The notes below the pieces were generated by a model. That model was not told the DNA's origin, made no database searches, and was given only the letters and a program-made list of their open reading frames with translations. A stretch of 63,938 nt of DNA, filler included, from Octopus bimaculoides (lineage: Eukaryota), in NCBI RefSeq assembly GCF_001194135.2. It is 8 parts of 6 records of this genome, joined end to end, with 100 filler letters (N's around TTAATTAATTAA, not from the genome) between each part and the next. Parts side by side here need not be neighbours in the genome. Positions count along the whole stretch, not along the records: positions 43,445 to 54,386 come from NC_068983.1; positions 54,487 to 59,311 come from NC_068983.1; positions 59,412 to 60,730 come from NC_068984.1; positions 60,831 to 62,794 come from NC_069000.1; 4 more parts are not named here. One strand, 5' to 3'. A program made the translations under genes and the position numbers. This document shows, one piece after another, positions 48,788 to 61,479 of this stretch; the stretch's first letter is position 1, and each line of letters starts with the position of its first letter.

Positions 48788-48912
48788 GACGGGCTTCTTT
48801 CAATTTCCGCCTACCAAATCCACTCACAAGTGTTGGGACGGCGTGTGGCTATAGTAGAACTGATCCCGGAACTATGGTGTTTGTTAGTAAGCAAGCTACT
48901 TAACACACACCC
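48511..48912 (-). mobile_element. SINE family A with internal (TA)n and a small head deletion
   Basis: Reverse complement of family A body and tail. Confidence 0.85.
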
Positions 48913-48935
48913 ATACATGCGCTTTTATACAAATA

Positions 48936-49083
48936 CGACGGACTTCCTTTTGTCCTCGTCTACCAAATCCACTCAGAAAGATTTGGCCGGCTGAAACTAC
49001 AGTAGAAGGCATTTGCCCAGGTGTCATGCATGAGACTTAACCCCAAAACACTAGTTGGGAGGCAAACTACTTACCATACAGCC
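48936..49083 (-). mobile_element. SINE family A, head-only fragment
   Basis: ACGACGGACTTCC...TACCAAATCCACTCA...GCAAACTACTTACCATACAGCC. Confidence 0.75.
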
Positions 49084-49101
49084 TATATGTATGCTATTTG
49101 T

Positions 49102-49253
49102 GCAGGAGTGACTGTATGGTAAGTAGCCTACATGCCAACAACATGATTCCGGGTTCAGTCCCAATAAGTGGCACAAGTGTCTTCTACTATAGCCTTGCGC
49201 CGACCAAAGCCTCGTGATCGGATTTGGTAGACGGAAACTGAAAGAAGACCGTC

Positions 49254-49311
<58 letters not shown>

Positions 49312-49532
49312 ACGCGCGCGCGCGCGCGTGTTTGTGTCTGTGTTTGTCCCCACCACCATCTCTTGACACCCGATGTTTGTGTGTATAAATGCCCGTAACT
49401 TACCAGTTCGTCAACAGAGTCCGATATAATAAGTACTAGGCTTAGAAAGAATAAGTTGTGGGTCGATTTGTTCGACTAAAGGCGGTGCTCCAGCCTGGCT
49501 GCAGTCAAATGACAGAAACAAATCAAAGAAAG
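49102..49532 (+). mobile_element. SINE family A, near full length, internal (TG)n(CG)n
   Basis: GCAGGAGTGACTGTATGGTAAGTAGC...CCGGGTTCAGTCCC...GGCGGTGCTCCAGCCTGGCTGCAGTCAAATGACAGAAAC. Confidence 0.9.
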
Positions 49533-50597
49533 GGTGCTCATTTTCCTACGGCATAAGAATATTTTGTGGATTTTGTTATATGTTGCACTCTCCTAGGTCA
49601 AATTTTTGTCATACTGTTTTTTTTTTTTATATCGATAAGGGAAATATGAAATGATCGCGGCAGGTCAAATTATGAGAAGAGGTGCCTTGTAGTCTCTTTT
49701 TCTGTTTGTTTTGTCCCTTATTCAAATACTGCTTGGTGTCACAGGCAAAATTGTTTCGGCGAACCGCTTAAAATTGTAATCGGTTTGGCATATCCTTAAG
49801 CAAGTGATAATCTATATGCAGTTGATTATTTGCTATACCAGCACACCCTCTCACGAGAGGAAGGCAAGTGTTTTCCAACTGCCGTGATATTACTCAAGAA
49901 ACAACACGTACAAACGTATACATACGCAGGAATACATACACAGAGACAAAGACACACACACACACACACACAAATACATGCAAATATACAGACACACACA
50001 GACACACACACATACTGGCAACCGGTCCTAACGGAAGGTAAGTTCGTTTCAACGAATCTAGGGGTAATCAAATTTATTTCACGAGGATCACATTGCTTGC
50101 GTACATTTTAATTAAGCAAAGCCTACTTGTTCAAACCCCCACCAGACATCTCCTGTAACACACATATAATTAGTGTTGGTGAATGTGTATTCGTGCAATT
50201 TCAACATTGAGATATGTATGACATCATTGTATCGAAACTATAATGCTACGATTATGAATGCGACGCACTAACGACTAAGGCCCTGAACCTCCACACAAAT
50301 ATACATACATACATACATACGTACATACATATATACATACGTACATACATAAAGATATGTAAAACTTTCCAAAAATTTAGCACATAAATACATATGCATG
50401 CATCTAGACATAAAAACGCATCCATAAAACAAACATACAAATCTGCGCATACACTAACACCAAATACTACACACACACATATGCACAAATACCTAGATGA
50501 TGTTGATAAAAGTTCCAATGAAGGAGCCTTGAATCTATGTTAGAGTCCGGCTCTTTCTCTATGGACAAGAAATACATAAATGAAACTGATTGATAAC

Positions 50598-51107
50598 ATA
50601 CATATATACAGAAATTGTCTGACAGCTATGACTGGGTATTCCTGCTTGTGTGGCATGGTGCAGAATCCAGTTGCCAGATATAGGTTCTTCCAGCAGCCAC
50701 CCTCTTGACCCAAGGCACTACTACCTCCTCCAGGCACTTAATGTAGGACTCTGTGTTGAGTCTGAGGTTGTGTGGGAAGATGAATGGAATCATAACATCC
50801 CCAGCACTTGTTGACTGGATGCTAGATTTCTATCACTCTCAGTAGACATTTTGGAGGCATGGGAAGCCAATGGTTGTTCTATGTATTCACCATCTGTTAG
50901 TATAAGTGCTTCTGGCTTAAATGCCAAGCAATACAGCATGTTATTTCCAAATTTCTGGCAGAATAAATTGCGTCATGTTGCTAATTTTCTCACAGACGGT
51001 GCCCAACTAATCCTACTATATTCTGAAATTGACAAAAGGAAAAACAAAGAATGCGCATGCGCGAAATTAAAAATATAAATTTGCCATAAGTTACACTTCG
51101 CACCCTG
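50598..51107 (-). mobile_element. Tc1/mariner (maT/DD37D-like) internally deleted fragment with one TIR
   Basis: Minus strand GDVMIPFIFPHNLRLNTESYIKCLEEVVVPWVKRVAAGRTYIWQLDSAPCHTSRNTQS*LSDNF; TA|CAGGGTG end at 51107. Confidence 0.88.
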
Positions 51108-51140
<33 letters not shown>

Positions 51141-51463
51141 NNNNNNNNNNNNNNNNNNNNNNNNNNNNNNNNNNNNNNNNNNNNNNNNNNNNNNNNNNNN
51201 NNNNNNNNNNNNNNNNNNNNNNNNNNNNNNNNNNNNTATATATATACATGCATGCATACACATGCACACACACACACACACTCACATACACATACACACA
51301 CACACATATATATATGTATGTATAAGGAGTGAATATTCAGATGTGAGCATTAATAAATATATTATCATTGTTAATATGATCTGCGGTGATTATAAAATAT
51401 TGATGATAATATCAGCAATAGTATAGATGGTTACAGGTATTAAATACCATCAAATAGCTATAA

Positions 51464-51830
51464 AATTAAAATTAGCACTAAGTATATGGACGTTCTGGGT
51501 GTCTAACCTGTTTAGAAACAGGAGTCAACGCCCCAATAAACCACCAATATCACCGAAAATATAACATTGAACAACACCGAGCAGGCAAACGGTTAAAGAA
51601 TGAAACACATATCATCACAGATAATGATATTCGGATATTGATGTACCACGGTTTTGTGTTTTGACCAGCAGGTCTCAACTCTCCATTATCTATAATGGTA
51701 TCTTTTTAATTCGTAAACCGTTTGTTCTGTCATAATTTCAATGCTATTGGTGGTTTATTGGGGCTTTGACACCTGTTTCTAAACAGGTTAGACGCCCACT
51801 ATGTCCTTATGCTTAGTGCTAATTTTAATT
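51464..51830. mobile_element. MITE with ~100-bp TIRs
   Basis: AATTAAAATTAGCACTAAG...TCTAACCTGTTTAGAAACAGG...CCCCAATAAACCACCAATA pairs with 51730-51830. Confidence 0.9.
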
Positions 51831-51838
51831 AAATCTAA

Positions 51839-51868
<30 letters not shown>

Positions 51869-51869
<1 letters not shown>

Positions 51870-52600
51870 CTATCAGTACCCGTGGAAATTCCACGGTCAT
51901 TTTGAAAATTGTATGATGAAATTCTACATTTTTTAAACATTTGACTCTTGAAAAAATGTGAAAATCTACATAGGCGGTATTGAATGTCGTATGAATCAAT
52001 CAATCAATCTGTATGTCTATCTATCAGTCTATCTCTCTACCCACCTACCTACCTACTTATTTAACTATTTAACTACCTTCCTATCTACTCATGTACCTCC
52101 CTACATATTTGTCTACCTACCTACATACCTAACTATTTATCCATCTACTTATCTTCGACCTAACTATCTATTTATCTATCTGTCTTTCTCTCTATGTATG
52201 TATCTCAACAATTGTTAAACGCCAATGCCCTTGCATCAATGAAAAGTTCATAGAAAATACAAAGTTCGCTGTTCTTTTTCTTTTTCACGGGGACTATTAA
52301 AAGAACTATATTGTTTGTGGTTGTGTGTTGATAAAAGTACGTGCGCGTGAACCTACCCGGCCAACATATTCTTCCACTTTTGATTACCCTGTCGGTATGA
52401 AATGCACTGTTGCTGGATAACGCATATCTATGTGTGAATTGTTTGGGTGTGGCAGAAAAGGAATTTGTTGTGGTAGGAGAATAGACACGACGAAAGCCTG
52501 GTCAAGTCGATCAAAGGTGATAGTTCACTGCATACGCTGAATGTTCAAAGCCATAATAATTGGTTCAGCTTTTAAAATATGATAAGGGCCAGAATAAACA
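51869..52600 (-). mobile_element. Non-autonomous Helitron-like element (3' terminus, internal (TATC/TACC)n); distal boundary uncertain
   Basis: Minus strand hairpin CCGTGGAA-T-TTCCACGG, then GTACTGATAG|T (CTAG-like end). Confidence 0.45.
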
Positions 52601-53249
52601 TACATCAAGGGTTCGTACAAATACGTGAGTCAAAGTAATGATATTGGGTTGAATAAAAGTTATTTGACTGAGGTCTCGTTCTTATAGCGGGTAACTCCGC
52701 CATGTACTTTCGCAGCTGATGAATATTGTTGCTTGGGATTAATAATTTGTAGGTACGTGGTATTTCGTTATGCAACCATAATATACTATTAAGTATATTA
52801 ACTGCTTTTATAAGTGAATACCACATTCTACTACGTTAGCATGTGCTTTTTACATTATTCTGTTAAGGTTATTTGTACAGACATTTCATAGAAATGATAG
52901 CTAGCACTGATATTTTTCTACAACGTTTTGTATCGAGACGTCAGATGTAAAGAATGTGATCGTATACAAAAATAGGTAATGAGGGTATATGCCATATTTT
53001 GAGGGGTTTTGGCCCTTTATCAGTGCTCATCTAACCCATTCTCGCCTCCGAAAATATTACTTATATAGCCACCGCATACAGCGGTGTTACGTTATTGGAT
53101 ATAGCAATTTACATATTAAACGCATTCCAGGAGCTGTTACGTAAAGAGCAATGATTTGTTAGAACGTATTTTGCTATGCTAACATAATATATAATAAAGT
53201 ATATTAAATGTTTTTATAAGTCAATACCACGTTCTAGGTAACTTGTAGC

Positions 53250-53400
53250 CATTTTTTATTTCACCAGTCATTTTATGTGTCGAACCATGTAGTAATTCTA
53301 TCAAAGAATAACCTAGGTCTTCCTTAACAGCGGTACGTAATCCCAATAACACAATCGTCAGGGCTTGTACTCCGCTACCGGAATCGAAATATGATAGTAA
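53250..53400 (-). mobile_element. Gypsy-type integrase fragment
   Basis: LTIVLLGLRTAVKEDLGYSLIELLHG resembles the integrase motif LP.VLLG.RT..KEDL..S.AEL.YG. Confidence 0.75.
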
Positions 53401-54325
53401 AGTTGCTTTCAACTGTCAATAAAAAAAACATTCTATCATCCTGTTAAGCATGAGGTGGTAAGCTGTTATACAAATTTGACGCATCCTTAACAAGTTAAAT
53501 AGGTCGGCAAAAAAGACTGGATTCGAACGGACGACTCACGTCAGTCATTATCGTCATAATGTTGCACCAGATGACATTTGCTCAAAACGTAAACAGGACG
53601 ATTCATAACTGCAACAAAAACAGAAAACAAAGCAACAACATCTTTGAACAAAGTAGAAACATTTACTTTGAATTCTTTGTGAATATGTCAATAACAGAAT
53701 ATAACACTAAGAATTCAAAAGTTGTATCACCACCGATATAGTTCAAGTTTTTCTTAGAAGACGACATAACACGAAGAAGAAATAATGATATACATAGGAA
53801 GGTTCGAGTGAAAGAAAGATATTTTTTTTAAATAAGACATTATTGCGACTCTTATGAATGACAGTTTTTTAAACATACATTTATCTTTTCGCAATTCCAT
53901 CTCTATTTTCGTTAACACATAACGAACAATGGTGTTAAGAAAAAGACAAAACTGAACGTTTGAACATGTATTGTTGTAGCAAATTTATCAATCTCTCCCT
54001 CTCCCTATCAATCAATCTATCTTGAAAGCTAGCTAGCTACTTAGCTACCTATATATATATATCACAATTTCTAACAATATAGATATTATCTCTTTTTCCT
54101 CTTTCCTTCTCTTTCTCCCTTTCTCATGTGTATTCCCTTTCTAGTTTTCACTGATTCCATTATCCATGTTTCATTTCTATATTTGCTTCGATTTGTCCCC
54201 TTCCATTCTCTTTCTATATATTTATTTTTCTTCATTAGAGCTATAACTTTTCTTAAATGGCATAAGACTGACACACAACAGTAGACAAAAGCAGGAAGAA
54301 TGTAGTAATAATAATAATAATAATA

Positions 54326-54386
<61 letters not shown>

Positions 54387-54486
54387 NNNNNNNNNNNNNN
54401 NNNNNNNNNNNNNNNNNNNNNNNNNNNNNNTTAATTAATTAANNNNNNNNNNNNNNNNNNNNNNNNNNNNNNNNNNNNNNNNNNNN

Positions 54487-54541
54487 AGCCTTGTGAGTGG
54501 ATTTGGTAGACGGAAACTGAAAGAAGCCCGTCGTATATATG

Positions 54542-54572
<31 letters not shown>

Positions 54573-54702
54573 TTGTGTCTATGTTTGTCGCCCCAACATC
54601 GCTTGACAACCGATGCTGGTGGGTTTACGTCCCCGTAACTTAGCGGTTCGGCAAAAGAGACCGATAGAATAAGTACTAGGATTACAAAGAATAAGTCCTG
54701 GG
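54487..54702 (+). mobile_element. SINE family A, middle portion
   Basis: AGCCTTGTGAGTGGATTTGGTAGACGGAAACTGAAAGAAGCCCGTCG...AAGAATAAGTCCTGGG. Confidence 0.9.
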
Positions 54703-55029
54703 CACATACATACACATACATACACATACACGAGCATTATGTATTCTGTTATTGTGTATGTGCACATAATTGTGGAGTACCGCATATTTTGATATCAAAT
54801 TTGATCCATGTGGTTGTAAATTAATGGGGTTAAGGATTCATAAGTTTGTGTATATGTGTATATAGGCATTCTGTGAATCATATGATGTCATGAATATGTG
54901 TAATGCACATTCATCTGAGTAATGAGGGAAATCAACTTAAGTTTATGTATCTTTTATGCATGATGTTCATATAATGCATAAAACTGATGTCCAGAGAAAA
55001 GACTTATGTAGGTTGGAGGAGTGACAAAG

Positions 55030-55600
55030 CAGGTGGGAGTAGGGGGGGGTCATGCTTGAAATTTCGAAGTATGAATTGTTGCAGGAGCAGAATGTTTCCT
55101 CCCGAATGTTTAAAATGTTCTCTGTTGATGTTATGATACTTAGATTTTCGGTAATGCAGAGCTCACATTTGCTGTCCCGTCCGTCACCTGTGTTTGCTGG
55201 CCTAAGCTATAATACTCCAGTTTATCCGAGGCTTTCTAGCAAAATGCATAACGTTATCATGATAAACATAATATCATTCCTCAGATGTTTGTGTAGCGAC
55301 AAAGTAGTACAACTCTATATATCTGTTCAACACTGGAGGAATGCATTCCACAGAGAAGTTTCTTATCTCAAATGATACCATTTGCTTTGTGTATCAAGGA
55401 TGATGTCGAAGGGACGTGATACACCATTCAATGATTGCTTGACTCGATGTTAAGCCTCAATTTCCTTATTTTCTATAGAAGCAAAGCCTGCCAGGATCAG
55501 TATCGATGTGGACATTTCTGGTCGTAGCAGGTAATTACTGGATTTTCGCATGTGGAATCCTCACCTTGCGTCCAAGTATTTAGTCCGAATGTTGCTATAC
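55030..55600 (-). mobile_element. Heavily degraded Hydra-type PLE endonuclease fragment
   Basis: Minus strand TTLSLHKHL, INWSIIA, KCELCITENLSIITSTENILNIREETFCSC. Confidence 0.7.
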
Positions 55601-55751
55601 ATCAATATAGATATGTATGTACGCAGTATATAAGTATATATACATGCATGTCGATATAAGTGTATCTTTGTATGCTTGTTTCTATGTATGTGTTATGCAT
55701 GCATGCATGTATGTATTTGTTAGGCATGTATGTATGAGTGTATGTGTGTGC

Positions 55752-55851
<100 letters not shown>

Positions 55852-56134
55852 TTTCGTAGATATATATGCGTATCTGGTATATGTCATTCATGTTTCACAG
55901 CCACATTGTAAAACTGTAAGCACGTACGTCCGATACTCTTGAATGTTTCTGCTTGTTTGGTTATCCTGTTGTGACTAAAGAATCTTTTCTAATTTTCATC
56001 AGCAACTTTTAAAATTTTGTGGCTTATTTCTCCATTCAGGGTACTGATCCCGGAAAGTTTACTACTCCACATGTAGTTAGTATTGCGATAGTTTACAAAC
56101 ATCCACGGCCTTTAAACGATCATTACTGGTTTTC

Positions 56135-56500
56135 TTAAGTAACTTTTTTCAGGCAGTCCTTATATCTCTTCCTTGGCTTGCATTGTAGGCGCTGTCCCTG
56201 ATTCACCTCACTAAACAGTACCTGCTTTACGAAATATTTGTTCTCTAGGCATACACTGTGACCTGACCATCCGGGCCGCTGTGTCGTTATCATAAATTCC
56301 ATATTTGACAAATGGGCTTGCAGTATTACCCCTGTATCATGAAAATGTTCCACAAGCTGAAGACGTCTGCTATATGTTGTCCACTTTTCATATTCGTATA
56401 TCAATGCTGTAAGCATGTATATACAGTATATTTCAGTTTTTTTAGACAGCCTATCCACATTGTACGCCTGGAGAACAGTCGTTTGTCAAAATAGGTCCTG
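56135..56500 (-). mobile_element. RTE (BovB-like) C-terminal fragment
   Basis: LTALIYEYEKWTTY, GWSGHSVCL, VLFSEVNQGQR..KPRKRYKDCLK. Confidence 0.8.
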
Positions 56501-56529
56501 TACGATAAGCTGAATCGACTAAAGCACCG

Positions 56530-56680
56530 ACAAGGCAAACTAAACAAGAAATATAAAGACTGCCTTAAAATGCACTAAAGAAAATTAGTAGATATCATTA
56601 AATGAAAAGGTCATGCACCAGACAGGCGCTGATGAAGAATTCTGATTATCAATGACACTAAAGTGTTTAAGACCAAACAC
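56530..56680 (+). mobile_element. RTE C-terminal fragment in opposite orientation
   Basis: GKLNKKYKDCLK...HAPDRR*WR-like motif. Confidence 0.5.
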
Positions 56681-57409
56681 ATACCTTATACGCAATTAAA
56701 GTGCTGCGAGACAGAGAGATTCTCGTATCACTTCCACAAAAGTGCTCTTGGAAGTCCTTACGACGCAAGAACAGAAGGATTGCTTTGTCATTAGCAGAAC
56801 TACGTTACTTGTAATACTGATAAAAACAATATGATACTCGGTTGACTTGCCATGTAGACTGTGTACGCTGTTCTGAGGTGTGAGAGTAGGTTTGAAACAC
56901 CATCATGAAGCACGCCACACAAACGAACAAAGCCAATGGGATAAGATGAAATGTCCAATTTGAAACATTATCTGCGCGTGCGTGAGTGTGCATGGGGATG
57001 GAAGGGCGTGTTTACTTGAATGCAAATCGAAAAGTAAATGGAGAAAACCTACATTTTTTCCTTACTAGTTTCGTTGTAACTTTGACCAAGAGGTTTCACA
57101 TCACATTTGTAAATACACACTCAATTGCATCTAAAGGAGACAACCCGTCTGCAAATGTGGGATACAGTTCCGATATATTCTGTTTGTAAAGAAATAATCT
57201 GAATTAGTACATGTATCTTATATAAGAATAACATAGAACCATTAATTTTGATTAAACATACCTGTTTTATAACAAACCCTCAATTCTAATATTTTATTCC
57301 GATAGTAATTTCTCTATCATCTCTTTTATGTGTGACAATCTTCCATGTTCATGCATATTCTTGTCAATCGATACTAGTCTTTGAAAATAAGTTTACTTTT
57401 TTACTAACG

Positions 57410-57830
57410 GTTTAGAAAATGTTCTCAATGGGTATTTCACTGTTCACTATACTGACCAGACTACCGAATGTTGTTATACATCGCTGATCACAATGCGCTT
57501 CTAATTCTTTCCTGATTGCAGCATCCTTTTTTTTCCATCTTGGCCCAAATCGTTTTATTAAACCGTCTTCCCATCGTCGGGAGGCCTTTCCGATCGCTTG
57601 GATACAACTCGGTATCTGTGAACCTTGTGACCTCCGGCCCAGCTTAATTTGTGCTTTCGGTATTCTGCTATCATGTCGTCCACTTCGATCCATTCTAGAA
57701 TTTTCTCATTTTGCATATACTCTTGCAAAGGTATTCCTAGCATGGATCTTTCCACAACCCTTTCTGTTGTAAACAATCTAGCATGGATCTTTCTACAACC
57801 CTTTCTGTTGTAAACAATCTATGTTCTCCC
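57410..57830 (-). mobile_element. RTE fragment with a 41-bp tandem duplication (57737-57818)
   Basis: ERVVERSMLGIPL, NEKI, KLSWAG, RPP..RWEDGL..RFGPRW. Confidence 0.8.
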
Positions 57831-58738
57831 CTCTTGGTATTTAGTATTCTTAAATGACGCAAAAAATAAACAATTACCTTCAAGTTAAGGATATGGATCG
57901 TTTTAGTAAAAGAATTCACTTTCCAGCTTTGCCAGAAAAAAAAATTGACATTTCATGTAACACAAGATTAGTTTACGATTAGATATAAAGAAATGCCTCA
58001 CGCGCGCAGATATTCAAGAAAACAGTATCCGCGTCAGTGTAGGAAGTTATGATTTATAATACAGGAATCCGATGTATTTGGTGTCAGATGTGTTTGGCAA
58101 TTGTGAAATGTAAAAATGAAGAATAAAAATTCTTAATTCTTCTGAAGGAATTAATATCTGTATTCAATGCAAAGTGGAGACAAATAGCTGATAACCTCAA
58201 CGACACCACAAATATTGAACGTTATTTTACACAGCTTCAAAAGTATTTAACACCTCATATTAGAACAGAGCTATTTATTCAACACCTTAAACCTCTTAAC
58301 AAATCATTTAGAATTTCCCACTAATCGCCAGTGAATAAAATATTAATCCATGTGACAATAGTAAATTATTGTTCTCAGAAATCTTTAATTCTTACTCGTT
58401 CATTCTCTCTCCTTTCTTATTATCAATCTGTTTATCACTTTGTCAGACAATCTGGAAATATTTTGACACTATTTACTTCTAATTTCTTTCCAGCAATCAC
58501 TTTCTCTCTCTCCCTCTCTACCACCTCTCTCCCTCACTATCTCTCTCTTTCTCTCTCCCCCTTTCTATCACACTCACTTACTCACTCTTGCTTCTGAGCA
58601 TATATCTATCAAGCCCTGTCTACCCGCCTGCTTGTGTATCTGTCTGTCAGTCTGTGTGTATCTTCATCCACGGATATTACTTTCTTGTCATTCTCTTTCG
58701 TCTCCTCTCTCTCCCCATTAACCCTTTCCCTCTCTCTC

Positions 58739-58800
<62 letters not shown>

Positions 58801-58945
58801 TCCAAGCGGGTCTTTCTCCCTCTCTTTTACTTTCATTGCACGTAGATACTTCTCCTCCACGCAAAATAAATATCATCAAAATTTTTCGTATAAGAACTTA
58901 TTATACATCTCCTACATATTTCATAAGTTTATCATTTTATTTTTA

Positions 58946-58974
58946 ACTAGCAGAGATACCCGGCCTTGCTCGGG
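58946..58974 (-). mobile_element. Helitron-type 3' terminus
   Basis: Minus strand CCCGAGCAAGGCCGGG hairpin, 8 nt, then CTAG|T. Confidence 0.6.
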
Positions 58975-58990
58975 ATTAAAGTGGCATAGA

Positions 58991-59296
58991 TTTTTATTGC
59001 TTTACTTGTTTCAGTCATGTGACTGCGGCCATACTGGAGCACCGCCGTTGGTCGAATAAATCAACCACGGGATTTATTCTTTGTAAGCGTAGTACTCATT
59101 CTGTCAGTGTCTTTTACCAAACCGCTAAGTTACGGGAACGTAAACACAGCAACATCAGTTGTCAAGCAATGGTGGGGGTACAAACACAAGACACGCACAC
59201 ACATACACATATATACACATACACACGACAGTCTTCTTTCAGTTTCCGAGTAAGAAATCCACTCAAGATTTTGGTCAGCGTGAGGCTAGAGTAAGC
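58991..59296 (-). mobile_element. SINE family A (3' two-thirds)
   Basis: Reverse complement GGCGGTGCTCCAGTATGGCCGCAGTCACATGACTGAAACAAGT. Confidence 0.9.
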
Positions 59297-60035
59297 ACAC
59301 ACATATATATANNNNNNNNNNNNNNNNNNNNNNNNNNNNNNNNNNNNNNNNNNNNTTAATTAATTAANNNNNNNNNNNNNNNNNNNNNNNNNNNNNNNNN
59401 NNNNNNNNNNNATATATATACGAAAAGGTTGATAGCGACTATAAAACTTTAGTAAATATGTGCTCTACAAAAACTTATTGAGTAATTCTTCCGTGTAATG
59501 TTAAGTTGTTGTTATATATAACTTGACATAGAAACATTAATATCGTATAAATATGTATACATATGCATATATATATTTACTTAATATCATTTGGGTAATA
59601 ACCTGATAACGGGCATTTACAAGCTTCTATGCGGTTATCGGTTACCAAATGCCGTCATACAACAAGGTTATTCCTTGAGCTGGATATGCATGCGGAACTC
59701 TGATAATAAATAGTATTTTCAAAGCAAACCACCTGATGACGTGGCGGTACACAGCTGCTGCCGGATTGTATTTATCTGTATTTATTTATTTGTATTTTAT
59801 TTGTATTTACGTATTTGCATTTTATATTTATTTATTTATTTCTATTTTTTACGTATGTATAGATTAATTTGTTTAATATTATGATACGGGAAACTCAGCA
59901 ACTAACACCTGTTACCACTGCACAAAACAATTGACATGTTTTGTAATTCAAGCTTGTTTATTCCAGGTTCATGAATACATTTTTATACATGTGCATATTT
60001 ATATATATGTATGTGCAAACGCACACACGTACCCA

Positions 60036-60090
<55 letters not shown>

Positions 60091-60474
60091 CCTTTCATTG
60101 TTTCTTTTCGCTTCTACTGTTCCTTCCACTCGAGTTTTAGTGAATATGCAAAACTAATTAATTTTTCCATTATCTATTAATTAACACCCATGTCAGTTTC
60201 CATCACCTAGTGTCAGATTTGCATGTTTGTTTCCAAAATAATCAACCAATAAAAACAGAGGAATGTTGAGATTATTCTGTGTTGTTCTATCTTGAAAACA
60301 ATGACCTGAACAGCGTGAAAAAATCTGAGGGCCAAGGTTGATTCGAAATGAGAATATAATACAAATATCACTAATTGTTGCTAATTAAGGGCGTGGGGCG
60401 TAAAGAATTCCCTGTCAAAACATAGTCACAACCATGTATTAATTACAAAATATGGAACATACCTGACGTATGTG

Positions 60475-60518
<44 letters not shown>

Positions 60519-60889
60519 ATAAACATTTAGGAGCTATAATAAGGGAATATATTTGTTTAACCGCTTGTTGTCCTTGGAATTACGGCTGTTAATTAATTTT
60601 CATCATGTAATATTAATTTCAGTGTTTAGTGAATTGCGTTTACATTACACTATTACGCGTACTATGCATTAAACTATTTCATTATATTTTCAGAAATCAA
60701 TGCACATTAAGAAAGCTAGCTGTATATATANNNNNNNNNNNNNNNNNNNNNNNNNNNNNNNNNNNNNNNNNNNNTTAATTAATTAANNNNNNNNNNNNNN
60801 NNNNNNNNNNNNNNNNNNNNNNNNNNNNNNTTAGTAGAATAGTTTCATTTTTAAAGTGAAAGTATTTGACATGAGTGTTTTTGTTTCAC

Positions 60890-61103
60890 TTTTGACACGT
60901 AATACTTAAATAGTGGAGGAGATATTATGTTGCTGTGGGCTCGAACTCTGCAAGAAGTTAAAATTTTTTTTGACTAAAACACAACTGGAACCCTAAGTAA
61001 GGCATCTGTAAAATTTGAATGAAATTGGTTGCGTAGTTCTCGAGTTTTAGGGATTCACACAGACAGACAGACAGACAGACAGACACACATTCTCATTTTT
61101 ATA

Positions 61104-61135
<32 letters not shown>
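60890..61135 (-). mobile_element. Non-autonomous Helitron-like 5' portion with (CTGT)n
   Basis: Minus strand ATATAAAAATGAGAATGTGTGT(CTGT)n...CTCGAGAACTACGCAACCAATTTCATTCAAATTT, resembling Lep1-type Helitrons from memory. Confidence 0.5.
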
Positions 61136-61138
<3 letters not shown>

Positions 61139-61479
61139 CAGACAAACAGTAAACGGAATGATAGATCAGGTAATGATGTTTGAAATGAACTATGTTCGAA
61201 AAGATGGAATGGTCAATTCTAGACTGTCTTTGATTTATAGGTCGGTTTGAAGAAGTGAAAGAAAGCAATCGAATAAAAAGCAAAAGTCGATGAATAGCAT
61301 AATAAACTATGCACAACATTAAACAGAAGAAAGTTACTAACTTATTTGGTTCTTTTTCCATGTTGTTTAACGAAGAATTTCGGATAAAACCAGGTATGTT
61401 GCAATTGTTAAAATTCTAGAAGCGTTGGCAATATTCGCACCGTGAAATGTGCCTGTTATGGATAGAAAATAATAATAAT

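Noticed and set aside
57069-57182. Minus-strand segment with good acceptor and GTAAGG donor
   Set aside because: Stops in all three frames
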